Positions 63,436 through 64,000 of a DNA stretch of 64,000 nucleotides are shown here, piece after piece. The notes beneath the pieces were generated by a model that was not told where the DNA came from, ran no database searches, and was given only the letters and a program-made list of their open reading frames with translations. A program made the translations under genes and the position numbers. Origin of the DNA: Eledone cirrhosa (lineage: Eukaryota); assembly GCA_964016885.1 (NCBI GenBank), contig OZ024740.1, forward strand, positions 321,656,001 through 321,720,000, given 5' to 3'. Positions within the stretch are counted from its first letter, which is position 1, and the number at the start of each line of letters is the position of its first letter.

Positions 63436-63634
63436 ATATGTATAAGAAAGAGACAGGGCCCGACAGCTGAGCTCTTGCCGATTCAACAGCTAATTCCAGA
63501 CTCTGGCATTAGCTGCCAAAATGATAAGAGTTCAGCTGTCTGGCCCTGACTTTTTGTAATCTAGTCACTCTATTATCTCAAGTATTGAGTACTATGTTGA
63601 ATAATGGTCTAACTAGTTTAATACTGACTTAATC

Positions 63635-63665
<31 letters not shown>

Positions 63666-64000
63666 CCTATTTTTCATCACAAGACGATAGCTAATATGTT
63701 ACTAGTTAATTCTGGTAAGACCATTATTCACCTTAGTACTCCATACTTAAGGAAAGTCAACTATAGATATTATTATTGGTTAGAGAACCTGGCTGTTAAT
63801 TATAAGCAGCTTTGATGGGAAAGATGTTTTCCCATCTTGCCATGATTTAAGCTTAATTGTTGGGGTCTCTCTCTCTCTCCCTATATATATACATATATAT
63901 ATATTTTTTTTTTTTTAATTAGAAAGTGAACAACACAATATATAACTACTCCATTACCAAAGATTTCAGGACCTTAGACATACGTCTAGTTCGCTCATCA

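Overview
This is AT-rich, microsatellite-dense animal genomic DNA. The SINE and RTE repeat content suggests an octopus or other coleoid cephalopod, which is my inference. There is one host gene: MEAK7/TLDC1 (TLDc domain, + strand). I reconstructed it by hand as 8 phase-compatible GT-AG coding exons from 33954 to 59875, giving 470 aa. The rest is nested mobile DNA: the 3' end of a Penelope-like element (GIY-YIG), a near-intact CR1-type LINE, RTE LINEs (one family carries a PHD finger in ORF2), CRE-like LINE relics, Helitrons, a near-intact hAT transposon, MITEs, tRNA-SINEs and satellites. The most notable signal not visible in the ORF track is a set of at least 9 type-I hammerhead ribozyme motifs or remnants from several different families. 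The best case is a 1.2-kb non-coding element inserted in (TA)n at 20600-21825. It carries two tandem hammerheads 594 nt apart with a non-canonical but compensatory U3-A8 core, plus a 271-bp inverted arm, which makes it a candidate retrozyme or non-autonomous Penelope-like circular-RNA replicon. All RNA folds were made by eye, and no database searches were run.
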